A DNA stretch of 64,000 nucleotides. Source: Patescibacteria group bacterium. GTDB taxonomy: Bacteria; Patescibacteriota; Patescibacteriia; Patescibacteriales; UBA12465. Of this stretch, positions 19,210 through 28,613 are shown in pieces. Every line of letters begins with the position of its first letter. Position 1 is the stretch's first letter. The stretch covers positions 16,626-80,625 of the forward strand of contig JAVEZP010000004.1 in assembly GCA_034002925.1 (NCBI GenBank), given 5' to 3'. The notes beneath the pieces are model-generated. The model was not told the DNA's origin and ran no database searches. It saw only the letters and a program-made list of their open reading frames with translations. Both the position numbers and the translations under genes were made by a program.

Positions 19210-20421
19210 ATGTTAATTGGTATTGATGCCTCAAGAGCCAATAGAAGTTTGCGTACCGGCACTGAATGGTATGCTTTTCACATTATCAGACATTTATTAC
19301 AAATTGATCAAAAAAATCAATATCTGCTCTATCTTGATGCTGAAGCATCCCCAGATTTGGTAGAAGCGGTATCTTCATATTCTAACGTACGTTTTAAGCG
19401 CTTGGCTTGGCCTTGGCGCTTTTTTTGGACTCTTGGTAGACTATCTTTAGAGATGTTAGTTAAATCGCCAGATGTCTTATTTGTTCCGGCTCATGCATTA
19501 CCATTGTTTCGCCCTAAAAAAACTATCACCACGATTCATGATATTGCGTTTATTAGAGATGAAAATGTTTATCAGAAAAAAAATGTTAAATTGAGTCGTC
19601 CTGTATTTAGGCGGTTATTGCATTATGCAATCAAATTCTTTACCCGAGGGCATTATCAGGCTAATACCTTAGATTATTTGTGTTGGTCAACCCAATATGC
19701 TTTAAAAAAAGCTCAGGCCATTATTGCGGTTTCAGATTTTACCAAGAATGAGATTATTGCGGTTTATTCTCATCGTTTTGCTCATAAAATTCATGTTGTG
19801 CATAATGCTTATGATAAAGAGTGCTATCGTTTTATTCCAAACTCTTTAGAGCGTCAGCAAATTTTAGATAAATATAATGTGCCTGAGTCTTTTTTTATTT
19901 ACGTTGGACGTTTAGAAAAAAAGAAAAATACCTCTGCTTTAGTAGAAGCTTTTGCCTTATTTAAAGAAAAACATCCTGATAGCCAGACTAAATTATTATT
20001 GATTGGTAATGCCGGTTTTGGTTATGATGAGGTCAAATATATTATTGAAGAATATAATTTAGATAAAGATGTTATTATACCTGGTTGGGTGGAGGAAGAA
20101 GATTTGCCGGCCTTATTTAGTGCGGCTCTAGCTTTCGTGTTTCCTACCTTACATGAAGGTTTCGGCATTCCTGTTTTACAGGCGATGGCTTGTAAAACAC
20201 CTGCTTTAATTTCTGATTTGCCAGTTTTACGTGAAATAGCAGGGAGGGCTGCTTTCTATTTTAATCCTTATGATCGTTATGATATGTTAAAGGCAATGTC
20301 TTTAATTTATCAAGATGAAGATTTGCAAAAAGAGTTAACTAATAGAGGTTTAACTAGGGTAAGTGAATTTAGCTGGGAGAAAGCAGCCCAAGAAACTCTA
20401 GCGGTGATTGAGGCTTTATAA
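19210..20421 (+). CDS. Glycosyltransferase family 4 (GT-B)
   Basis: The EGFGIPVLQAMACKTPALISD motif region (EX7E type). Confidence 0.85.
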   Translation: MLIGIDASRANRSLRTGTEWYAFHIIRHLLQIDQKNQYLLYLDAEASPDLVEAVSSYSNVRFKRLAWPWRFFWTLGRLSLEMLVKSPDVLFVPAHALPLFRPKKTITTIHDIAFIRDENVYQKKNVKLSRPVFRRLLHYAIKFFTRGHYQANTLDYLCWSTQYALKKAQAIIAVSDFTKNEIIAVYSHRFAHKIHVVHNAYDKECYRFIPNSLERQQILDKYNVPESFFIYVGRLEKKKNTSALVEAFALFKEKHPDSQTKLLLIGNAGFGYDEVKYIIEEYNLDKDVIIPGWVEEEDLPALFSAALAFVFPTLHEGFGIPVLQAMACKTPALISDLPVLREIAGRAAFYFNPYDRYDMLKAMSLIYQDEDLQKELTNRGLTRVSEFSWEKAAQETLAVIEAL

Positions 20422-20508
20422 TTTTTAATTTTTTTAGCTTTTTCTAGGCAGATTTAAGAGCTTTTTATTTTTGAATTATTAATTTAAATATGTTATGCTA
20501 AAGATGTT

Positions 20509-22551
20509 ATGAAAAAACTAATAACATCTTTTTTTATATTATTTCTCGTTTTAGCACTACCCGCCGGTGCTAGTTTTTTGCCGAACGATCCTTATTATAA
20601 AAACCAATGGTATTTAACCAGAATTAAGGCTATTTCAGCGTGGGAAAAAATTAGTCGCAGCCCCAGTATTACTATCGCGGTGATCGATTCTGGTATTGAT
20701 ATTAATCATCCAGATTTAAAAGATAATATTTGGATAAATACTAAAGAAATACCAAATAATAATGTTGATGATGATCGTAATGGTTTTATTGATGATGTTT
20801 ATGGTTGGGATTTTGTCAACAACATACCTGATCCATCACCAAAATTTGAAGAGGGCTGGACAGAATCAGGCGTGGCCCATGGCACTATTATTGCTGGCAT
20901 TATTGCCGCCACTGGTAATAATCAAGAAGGTATAAGTGGTGTTACTTGGGAGGCTAAGATTATGCCACTACGTGCTTTAAATGATCAAGGAGAGGGCCGA
21001 ATGAGCGCAGTGATCAGAGCTGTCGATTACGCGGTTCATAATGGGGCTGATATTATTAATCTTAGTTTTGTTGGTTTTAGCTATAATCAAGCCCTGCAAG
21101 AAGCTCTGCAACGCGCGTATGAAGCTGGCGTTATTGTGGTTGCTGCTGCTGGCAATGAACAAGAAGGTGGGGAAGCTTATAATACTGACGATCAGCCAAT
21201 TTACCCCGCTTGTTATAATGGTCGTAATGGAGAAAATATTGTATTAGGAGTAGCGGCGAGTGATGCTTTGGATCAAAAAACAGATTTTTCTAGTTATGGT
21301 TTTAATTGCATTGATATTACTGCTCCAGGTGTTAGTTTTTTTAGTACTATTCCAGCTGGTAGTAATGCTTTAGAGGAAAATAAAATTTATGATGGTTTTT
21401 GGTCGGGAACTTCTATGGCAACGCCAATTATTAGTGGATCATTAGCTTTAGTAGCGGAAATAAATCCCCAACTTCAACCAACAGAAATTGTTAATATTTT
21501 ATTACAATCAGCTGATAATATTAGTCGTTTAAATCCTAATCATCTTGGTCAGCTAGGTTCTGGGCGGGTAAATTTGGAAAGAGCTTTAATGACAGCTCAG
21601 GAAAGATTATATACTCGTTTAGGGCGCCTATTAATTAGTCCTGCTGCTAAATCTGATTTAAGTGAAATGAGTACTAGCACCTTAGCTGTCACAGAAAAAA
21701 ATGGTGCTATTATTAATCAATTTGATCTACCTGAAGCTTTAGCTGGTGTGTTTGCAGCTGGAGACGTTGACGGCAAAGGAGATGATGAAATTATTGCCGC
21801 TGCTCCAGCTGGACAAGAACCTTATGTGAGTATTTATGGCGCTGATAGCACTTTAAGAGGAAAATTTTTAGTGTATGATAAGAATTTTAAAGGAGGTTTT
21901 TCTTTAGCAATAGCTGATGTGACCGGTGATGGTTTAGAAGAAATTATTGTTGGCGCTGGAGCTGGCGGCGGTCCGCATGTACGTATTTTTGATCATAAAG
22001 GAGTTTTAAAAGGTCAATTTTTTGCTTTTGAAGCTTCCTTTAGGGGTGGTGTGAGAGTGGCTGCTGGTAATATTGATGGTGTAGGAGCGGCAGAAATTAT
22101 AGTCGCTCGTGGCCCAGGAGCTCAGCCGGAAGTAAAAATTTTTGATCGTCGTGGCAATCTTTTTGGTGTCTTTTTAGCTTATGAAGAATCTTTTAGAGGA
22201 GGATTACAAGTAGCAGTTGCTAATGTTGATGGACGTTTAGATCGTAACAAAGAGGAGATTATTGTTTCTTCAGGTATAGGCAGAGAGCCTTTAGTGAAAG
22301 TTTTTTCTAATAAGGCAATTCTTAAATACTCTTTTTTAGCTTTTCGTCAAAATTGGCAAGGCGGTGTTAATTTAGCAGCAGGCGATTTGAATAATGATGG
22401 CCGAGCTGATATTGCGGTTGCAGCTCAAGCTGGAGCGACACCTCATGTACGCGTTTTTAGTGGCACCGGCATTTTACAGGAATCATTTTATTTTTACCCC
22501 ACCGACTATAGTGGTGGTGTTAATATTGGTATAGCTCATTTTATTAATTAA
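20509..22551 (+). CDS. Secreted subtilisin-like (S8) serine protease with C-terminal FG-GAP repeat domain
   Basis: Signal peptide MKKLITSFFILFLVLALPAGA. Catalytic triad contexts VIDSGID, HGTIIAG, GTSMATP. About five ~60-aa D-x-D-G-containing repeats at the C-terminus. Confidence 0.85.
   Translation: MKKLITSFFILFLVLALPAGASFLPNDPYYKNQWYLTRIKAISAWEKISRSPSITIAVIDSGIDINHPDLKDNIWINTKEIPNNNVDDDRNGFIDDVYGWDFVNNIPDPSPKFEEGWTESGVAHGTIIAGIIAATGNNQEGISGVTWEAKIMPLRALNDQGEGRMSAVIRAVDYAVHNGADIINLSFVGFSYNQALQEALQRAYEAGVIVVAAAGNEQEGGEAYNTDDQPIYPACYNGRNGENIVLGVAASDALDQKTDFSSYGFNCIDITAPGVSFFSTIPAGSNALEENKIYDGFWSGTSMATPIISGSLALVAEINPQLQPTEIVNILLQSADNISRLNPNHLGQLGSGRVNLERALMTAQERLYTRLGRLLISPAAKSDLSEMSTSTLAVTEKNGAIINQFDLPEALAGVFAAGDVDGKGDDEIIAAAPAGQEPYVSIYGADSTLRGKFLVYDKNFKGGFSLAIADVTGDGLEEIIVGAGAGGGPHVRIFDHKGVLKGQFFAFEASFRGGVRVAAGNIDGVGAAEIIVARGPGAQPEVKIFDRRGNLFGVFLAYEESFRGGLQVAVANVDGRLDRNKEEIIVSSGIGREPLVKVFSNKAILKYSFLAFRQNWQGGVNLAAGDLNNDGRADIAVAAQAGATPHVRVFSGTGILQESFYFYPTDYSGGVNIGIAHFIN
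21750..22548 (+). repeat. About 5 tandem FG-GAP-like protein repeats (coding)
   Basis: Recurrent pattern: GD(V/I)DG.G..EII......G..P.V.(I/V)F...G.L...F.A(F/Y)...F.GG(V/L). Confidence 0.6.
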
Positions 22552-22556
22552 AACAT

Positions 22557-23579
22557 ATGTCTAAACAAGTTATTTTTGAAAAAAAGAATGTCTTGGTCGC
22601 AGGTGGCGCCGGTTTTATTGGCTCCCATCTTTGTGATGAATTGTTAAAAGATTCTAAGGTTATTTGTGTAGATAATTTTTTATCAAGTAGTGAGTCCAAC
22701 ATTGATCACTTATTATCTAATCCTGATTTTATTTTCATTAATCATGATTTAAGTCAGCCGCTTGATTTGATGAATTTACCAGAATTGAAAAAATTTAAAT
22801 TAGAGTTTCAAGGTTTGCAAGAAATATATAATCTAGCTTGTCCGATGTCACCAAAACATTTTTTAGATAATCGCTTAGCTATTTTGCAAGCCAATTCTTT
22901 AGTGGTTAATAATCTTTTAGAATTAGCCTTGAGTTTTAAAGCTAAGTTTTTACATTTTTCTTCTTCAGTTGTTTATGGTCATCGTCAGCAAGGTAGTCAA
23001 GATAAAAAAATGTTAGAAACAGATTTAGGCGCCTTAGATCAATTATCAGCTCGAGCAGCTTATGATGAAGGGAAACGCTTTGCCGAAACTTTAGTTGCTA
23101 ATTATCGTGATGTCCATCAAATTGATGCCAAGATTTTAAGAGTCTTTAGAATCTATGGTCCTCGCATGGAATTAAATGATGATCAAATGATTCCTGACTT
23201 TATTAACAATGCTTTAGATGGAAATGATTTAGTTATTTTTGGTGATGAAAATTTTTCTTCTTCTTTTTGTTATATCGATGACTTAATTGACGGTGTTTTA
23301 AAGTTCATGAAAACTGATCAGCTCGGACCCTTAAATATAGGATCCGATGTTGATGTTAATCTAACTGATTTAGCGATGATGATAATTCGCTTAACTGAAT
23401 CGAATTCCAAAATACGCTATGAAGAGACTAAATTATTTATGAAAGAATTAGCTTTACCTGATATTAGTTTAGCCAAAGAAACTTTAGCTTGGATGCCAGT
23501 CGTGACTCTAGAAAATGGTCTGAAAAAAACAATTTTCTCTTTACAGGCTCAGAAAAGATTGCGCAGTTTTCAAGCTTAG
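22557..23579 (+). CDS. NAD-dependent epimerase/dehydratase, UDP-glucuronate decarboxylase-like
   Basis: VAGGAGFIGSHLCDEL Rossmann motif and YDEGKRFAE (YxxxK). Confidence 0.7.
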   Translation: MSKQVIFEKKNVLVAGGAGFIGSHLCDELLKDSKVICVDNFLSSSESNIDHLLSNPDFIFINHDLSQPLDLMNLPELKKFKLEFQGLQEIYNLACPMSPKHFLDNRLAILQANSLVVNNLLELALSFKAKFLHFSSSVVYGHRQQGSQDKKMLETDLGALDQLSARAAYDEGKRFAETLVANYRDVHQIDAKILRVFRIYGPRMELNDDQMIPDFINNALDGNDLVIFGDENFSSSFCYIDDLIDGVLKFMKTDQLGPLNIGSDVDVNLTDLAMMIIRLTESNSKIRYEETKLFMKELALPDISLAKETLAWMPVVTLENGLKKTIFSLQAQKRLRSFQA

Positions 23580-23600
23580 TTAGCTATTAATCACATATAT

Positions 23601-23629
23601 AAAACCAGCTAATTAATTTAGCTGGTTTT
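23601..23629. terminator. Bidirectional intrinsic terminator between convergent genes
   Basis: AAAACCAGCTAA-ttaat-TTAGCTGGTTTT. Confidence 0.65.
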
Positions 23630-24686
23630 ATGTTAGGGCGTAATGACGTAGTGCCTCACTCAGGGCTTTTTTGTTTCCTGGCGGAAATAATTTTAAATCA
23701 AGATGTGGCTCTAATTCGGGAATACCGCCTAAATTAGAAGCAATAGCACTAAGTTGATATCTAGATGCTTCCCATAAAATGGTGGGGGAGTTTTCGTAAA
23801 CAGTGGAGGGCATAACTACACAGTCATGGCTTTTAAGAGCGCTTTCCATTTGTTCTCTATTAAGATGTCCTAAATATTGTAAATTCTTTAATTCTTTACT
23901 TACTTGTATTACCTGATGCAATAATCTACCTTTACCAGCAATACTTAAAGATGCTTGAGTGGGATTTAATTTAGTATCTTTCCAGGCGGCAATGAGCAGA
24001 TTAAGGCCTTTGTGATCCTCTAATTGACCAGCAAAAAGAAAACGTACTGGTTTGTTTTTTTCTTTAGTGTTTGTTTTCAAATCAAGTTCAAAATTAGGGC
24101 GCACTACAGTTTTTTGTTGTTGAAAAAAATTATATTTTTGATGCAGATTAAGCAGCCACTGCGAGGGAGAGATGATCAGCTGACTGTGTTTAAAGATTTT
24201 TTTAGTTAGTGCTTGATAAAGATAGGCGAGACCAGAGTCTAATTTTTTTTCTTGACCAAAATAAAGTAATCCAGAAGGGTGTAATAATTGGATGTCGTGT
24301 AAAATATGATGATGTTTGATTTTTTGCTTATGTAGTATTTTAGGAAGTGCAAAACTCAGACCTAGAATATTATGAGTAATAAATAGGTCGACTTGTCTAT
24401 TTTGTAAAATTTTAGTTAATGCTTTTTGGTGAGGAGGGAAGAATAATTGAATAAAATACCAAGTTAATTTCTGGATGATATTCATGTTTGCCAACAGTTC
24501 ATAACGAGAATTAAGCCAGTATAAATCTTTTTCTTGTGGACGTGATGAGCTTGGTGTTTTTGTGCTAATCACAAAAACTTCATGACCTTGTTGGCGTAAA
24601 TCTGCAGCCATTTGTTGAGCAATAATTTCAGCACCACTGTCACGTCCAAAGGGTGGGTATAGATTATTTGCAATACCAATTATCAT
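23628..24686 (-). CDS. Glycosyltransferase (GT4-like, GT-B)
   Basis: N-terminal GG/GAE sugar-donor-loop-like region and C-terminal ENSPTILWEASRYQLSAIASNLGGIPE. Confidence 0.7.
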   Translation of the reverse strand: MIIGIANNLYPPFGRDSGAEIIAQQMAADLRQQGHEVFVISTKTPSSSRPQEKDLYWLNSRYELLANMNIIQKLTWYFIQLFFPPHQKALTKILQNRQVDLFITHNILGLSFALPKILHKQKIKHHHILHDIQLLHPSGLLYFGQEKKLDSGLAYLYQALTKKIFKHSQLIISPSQWLLNLHQKYNFFQQQKTVVRPNFELDLKTNTKEKNKPVRFLFAGQLEDHKGLNLLIAAWKDTKLNPTQASLSIAGKGRLLHQVIQVSKELKNLQYLGHLNREQMESALKSHDCVVMPSTVYENSPTILWEASRYQLSAIASNLGGIPELEPHLDLKLFPPGNKKALSEALRHYALT

Positions 24687-24689
24687 AGT

Positions 24690-25868
24690 TTATTTTAAAT
24701 TAGAAAATTCATCCAACATAGCATCTGCTATTTTATCCCAGGCATATTTTTCTTCGGCTAATTTTCTGGCAGCTAGTGACATGGTTTGACGCTTATTTTC
24801 GTCACTTAAAACTTTTTCAATCTTCTCAATCAAATCATCAACATTGCCAGGCTGACATAATAATCCTTCTTGTCCGTCTCTAAAAACACTCCGCACTCCA
24901 GGTAGATTACTGGCAATAACTGGCACCCCACAGGCCATAGCTTCAATCAGTACTAAACCAAAAGCTTCATGACTATTCACTGATGGCAGGAGTAGGAGAT
25001 CGCTTTTTTGATAGCTTCTGATGAGTTCATCTTCACTCACTCGGCCTAAGAATTTGACTTTTTTAGTTAATTTTAAGAGTTCTACCTGTTTTTCGTAGTC
25101 AGCTCTTAAGCTGCCATCTCCAATAATATTGAGCTGAAAAGGATAGGTAATTTGGCTAAGAGCTTTTAATAATATGGGCAGGCCTTTAAAATAGTGAGCT
25201 TCATCCAAACCGCCAACAAAAAGCAGAGAGTGACTGCCTTTTTTAATAAAAGTTTTATTAACAAATTCGACAATTTCATTAGCTTTTTGCAGGAGGGAAT
25301 TATTATTTTTTTGGATTTTTGGTTTAAATATTTCAGTTTCTACACCAAAAGGTACGGTTTTAATTTTATAAGGTTGATGTTTTTTAATTTTAGCTAAATG
25401 ACTTTGCTGAGCATAGTCTTCACTGGCAACAATTATTTTTACCGCTCTTTTGAATAATAGAGGACGGATTATTCTTGAGGGTAAGGCTAGTACTTTTTTA
25501 AAGCCCAATAAAGCAGGAGTATCCATGTGATAATGGATAACTAATTTTTGTTTAGGGCGAAGAATGTGCCACCAGAGGATAAGAGCGTCCACCCCAAAGA
25601 AAGGGTAATGAAGGTACAGTATATCATATTGCCAAAGACGAAAAGGCAAGAAAAAGGGCAGAGCTCCATGTCCAAAGCGTATTTTAGGATCCAAAAAAAC
25701 TACTTTTTGTTCTCCATTTTGTGTTTTGGCTTTTTCTAGTTGTTGTGGCTTAAGGGTAAAGGTTTTCACCTGGTGTTCTTGACTTAATATTTCCCCTAAG
25801 CGATAGGCACTTTGTCCGATGCCACCGGCGTATGGAGGAAAAGCACAGACAATTTGAGCAATTTTCAT
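24690..25868 (-). CDS. Glycosyltransferase family 4
   Basis: PPYAGGIGQ N-terminus and HEAFGLVLIEAMACGVPVIASNLPGV. Confidence 0.85.
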   Translation of the reverse strand: MKIAQIVCAFPPYAGGIGQSAYRLGEILSQEHQVKTFTLKPQQLEKAKTQNGEQKVVFLDPKIRFGHGALPFFLPFRLWQYDILYLHYPFFGVDALILWWHILRPKQKLVIHYHMDTPALLGFKKVLALPSRIIRPLLFKRAVKIIVASEDYAQQSHLAKIKKHQPYKIKTVPFGVETEIFKPKIQKNNNSLLQKANEIVEFVNKTFIKKGSHSLLFVGGLDEAHYFKGLPILLKALSQITYPFQLNIIGDGSLRADYEKQVELLKLTKKVKFLGRVSEDELIRSYQKSDLLLLPSVNSHEAFGLVLIEAMACGVPVIASNLPGVRSVFRDGQEGLLCQPGNVDDLIEKIEKVLSDENKRQTMSLAARKLAEEKYAWDKIADAMLDEFSNLK

Positions 25869-25869
25869 A

Positions 25870-26190
25870 CTATTTTTTTAAAGCAATTTCCCGTACTAAA
25901 TCGGTCAGATTCTTTTCTAATTTATTAATTTTGAGTCTTAACTTAAAAATGAAGTAGAATAAAGATAAAACAGCTAAATATAATAGAAAATTAATACCAC
26001 CACTAGAAAAACCTAATTGCGCAAGGAGAGCATCTAATTGTTTAATAAAAATAATAGCGATTGCTCCAAGCGACCAGAAGCTAAGCCAAAATAAGAATTC
26101 ATTGCCATTTATTTGTTTTTTCTTTCTTTGCTGATAAAGCCTAAGAACAAAGAGGAGGATAAAGAGTAGGGCGATTATTTGTTGTATCAT
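25870..26190 (-). CDS. Small membrane protein, DUF2304-like
   Basis: 106 aa: two N-terminal TM helices plus a C-terminal TM/coiled segment. Architecture and glycosyltransferase neighbourhood are typical of DUF2304. Confidence 0.5.
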   Translation of the reverse strand: MIQQIIALLFILLFVLRLYQQRKKKQINGNEFLFWLSFWSLGAIAIIFIKQLDALLAQLGFSSGGINFLLYLAVLSLFYFIFKLRLKINKLEKNLTDLVREIALKK

Positions 26191-26263
26191 ATTGACAAAA
26201 TTTAATTTTTAGAGTTTAATATATTATTAAATCATTATTGTTCTTTTCAAAAATTAATATATC

Positions 26264-26707
26264 ATGAAGCAAATTTCTTGGGAACAAGCTAAAGGGCTGG
26301 CTTGGTTCATCTTAGTTTATGCCCTAGTGAGAATTATTTTATCGACTCAAAGTATGGGTCAGCAGAATTTTGATTCTCTTGCTATTTTTTTTGGCGCTTT
26401 ATGTCTCAGTTGGCTGGTTTACACTGGCCAGAAAAATTCATTGGATTTGATGTTGTTGGCAGTTAGCCTGTTTTCAGTCTCGGCTTTTTTCTTTTTGCGC
26501 TGGGGGCACTTTGACGTGTTGGAAATCCAAATAGTCTTAGCTGCCTTAGGTGGAATTTCTTTTTTGATTTTCACTTTTCTGTTTATTAAGGCAATTTTGA
26601 AAAAAAGGAATCCTTATTGGCTAGTAGCGATTCGATTGATTTTTGTGTGGTTGTTAATGTTTGGCATGGAATTTCTGGTGTCTTATCTAAATCAATTAGA
26701 ATTCTAA
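26264..26707 (+). CDS. Hypothetical 4-TM membrane protein
   Basis: 147-aa hydrophobic ORF on the opposite strand within the glycan locus; TTGACA at 26192-26197 upstream. Confidence 0.45.
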   Translation: MKQISWEQAKGLAWFILVYALVRIILSTQSMGQQNFDSLAIFFGALCLSWLVYTGQKNSLDLMLLAVSLFSVSAFFFLRWGHFDVLEIQIVLAALGGISFLIFTFLFIKAILKKRNPYWLVAIRLIFVWLLMFGMEFLVSYLNQLEF

Positions 26708-26744
26708 GGCTAAATTTAAGCGGATGTGATTATCGTCCGCTTTT

Positions 26745-27404
26745 TTATTGGTTTATTTTTTGTATAATTAAATCTTTAATAATACGGATGCCACCACTAA
26801 ATTTTTGTCCAAATTCGTGATAAGTGACAGTAATAGGTACTTCTTTGATGCGCCAATTAGCTTGGCTTAATTTTATTAGAATTTCACTACAGTGAGCCAT
26901 ACCATTATTTTCTATCCTAAAGCTATTGGCTACTTCTTTAGTATAGGCACGAAAACCACTTTGAGGATCGCTAGTTTTGACTCCGAAAAAGCGATTGACC
27001 AATCGCCCTAAAGGCCAAAATATATATTTTTTTAATTTAGGTAAGTTATCTTGTTTTTGCAAGAAGCGAGAGCCAAAAACGACGTCTGCTTCTTGGTTTA
27101 AAATAGGTTGGATAATATTTGGTATTTCTGCGGCTGAAAATTGATCATCAGCGTCAAAGTGAACAATGATATCAGCTCCTAGTTTTAAAGCATAATCTGA
27201 GCCTGTCTGTAGAGCGGCACCTTGTCCACGATTAATAGGATGACGAAGAGTAATGGCTCCAGCTGCTTGAGCTAAATGATAGCTTTGATCTTGAGAGCAA
27301 TCATCAACTACTATCACAAAATCAACTTTATCTTTAACTTTATGTATTACTTGGCTAATGTGTTTTTCTTCATTCCAAGCTGGAATAATGCAGGCAATTT
27401 TCAT
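26745..27404 (-). CDS. Glycosyltransferase family 2 (polyprenyl-phosphate sugar synthase-like)
   Basis: IIPAWNEE, VVDDCSQD, HFDADDQ (DxD). The start is placed at the ATG of the ATGA overlap (27404-27402), not the upstream ATG at 27428. Confidence 0.85.
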   Translation of the reverse strand: MKIACIIPAWNEEKHISQVIHKVKDKVDFVIVVDDCSQDQSYHLAQAAGAITLRHPINRGQGAALQTGSDYALKLGADIIVHFDADDQFSAAEIPNIIQPILNQEADVVFGSRFLQKQDNLPKLKKYIFWPLGRLVNRFFGVKTSDPQSGFRAYTKEVANSFRIENNGMAHCSEILIKLSQANWRIKEVPITVTYHEFGQKFSGGIRIIKDLIIQKINQ

Positions 27405-28498
27405 AGATGATTTGAATATTTTGCCCAATCAGAAATTTCTTCTAAGCTAATAACTCCAGATTCTACTTTTTTAAGAGCTTCTAATATTAAGGGTTTATAG
27501 TCTTTTTTTAGAGAGCCATCTTGATTAAAGCTCATGATTTCAAATACAGCAATGCGATTATTTATTTCTTTATTTTGACAGCGTTTACAGCCATTATTAA
27601 AATAACTTTGTTTGGGCCAGTATTTTTTCGTAATTGGCCATTTCTTTTCAATAAATTGTCTTATTTTTGCATCTTCATTTAGTTTAGTGCGGCAATGCAA
27701 ACAAAGTTTATTAAACAATTTTTGAGTACTAATAAACAATAGGCGCTCGGTGATTGCTTGAGTGGAAAGACCAGCTGTTTTTAAACTTTGTAAGACTTTA
27801 GCTCCTGACTGATAGGGAAGGGTGATAATAACTAATTTACTCCCAGCTGCTTGCCATAGAGCTTTAAGTTCATCTGGACTTAAAGAAGCGTCACAAGCAA
27901 TGACATCACTATCAAGACGACTTAATAAAGATAGAGCATCTCTAATGTCACTAAACATCTTAGTTGGGATGACCGAAGCAGAAGAGATTTTGTGAGCAGG
28001 AAAATCTTCAAGAGAGTAGATAGATCTATTTTGATCTATTAATTGTAAAAAGGAATAATAAGTGCTACTAGCACCATTAGCGTTACTGGCATTGATTACA
28101 ATTAAACCAGTTTTTTTGTTTAGAGCTTTTTTAATTGTTTCTGCTTGTTGTTTATTGAGGCCAGAGCTGGTTAAGCTTTGTACTTGAATTTTATTTTCAT
28201 GTAGGCTAAGAATTAGCTTATCACCATTATTACCAGGTATAATACTCGCAGAACCACTAATCACTTTATTTCCATCAGTAATTTTGAAATTTTTATTATG
28301 CACAAACTCATGTTCTTGACTATTTAATAAAGAACGAAAAACGCCAATGATATGTTCTTCTAAATTAGCGTCTAGTTGTAAATAGCTGTTATCTCCATAG
28401 CGACATACAAAAAGTCCGTCTTTTTTTTCTAGACTAAGATGGCGATGCCCTTTTTCTTGAGCATAACGGCAAATTTTTTTAATTGTTTTGTGAGGCAT
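27401..28498 (-). CDS. GspE/PilB-family secretion ATPase homolog with degenerate Walker A, Walker B and His box (predicted pseudo-ATPase)
   Basis: Collinear with the T2SSE core. GLIVINASNANGASST replaces GPTGSGKST, RLDSDVIACDAS replaces RQDPDVIMVGEIRD, and AGSKLVIITLP replaces TGHLVLSTLH. The Zn site CLHC...CKRC and RIAVFEIM are retained. Confidence 0.7.
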   Translation of the reverse strand: MPHKTIKKICRYAQEKGHRHLSLEKKDGLFVCRYGDNSYLQLDANLEEHIIGVFRSLLNSQEHEFVHNKNFKITDGNKVISGSASIIPGNNGDKLILSLHENKIQVQSLTSSGLNKQQAETIKKALNKKTGLIVINASNANGASSTYYSFLQLIDQNRSIYSLEDFPAHKISSASVIPTKMFSDIRDALSLLSRLDSDVIACDASLSPDELKALWQAAGSKLVIITLPYQSGAKVLQSLKTAGLSTQAITERLLFISTQKLFNKLCLHCRTKLNEDAKIRQFIEKKWPITKKYWPKQSYFNNGCKRCQNKEINNRIAVFEIMSFNQDGSLKKDYKPLILEALKKVESGVISLEEISDWAKYSNHL

Positions 28499-28613
28499 AT
28501 GTTTATATTATAACATTATCAAGGAGATTTTAAAAATAGCTATTAATGTGATAAAATGTAATTAGCTTCTTGTTGTTCATTTTTTAACAACTAGGCTTAT
28601 TTATTATTTTTAT

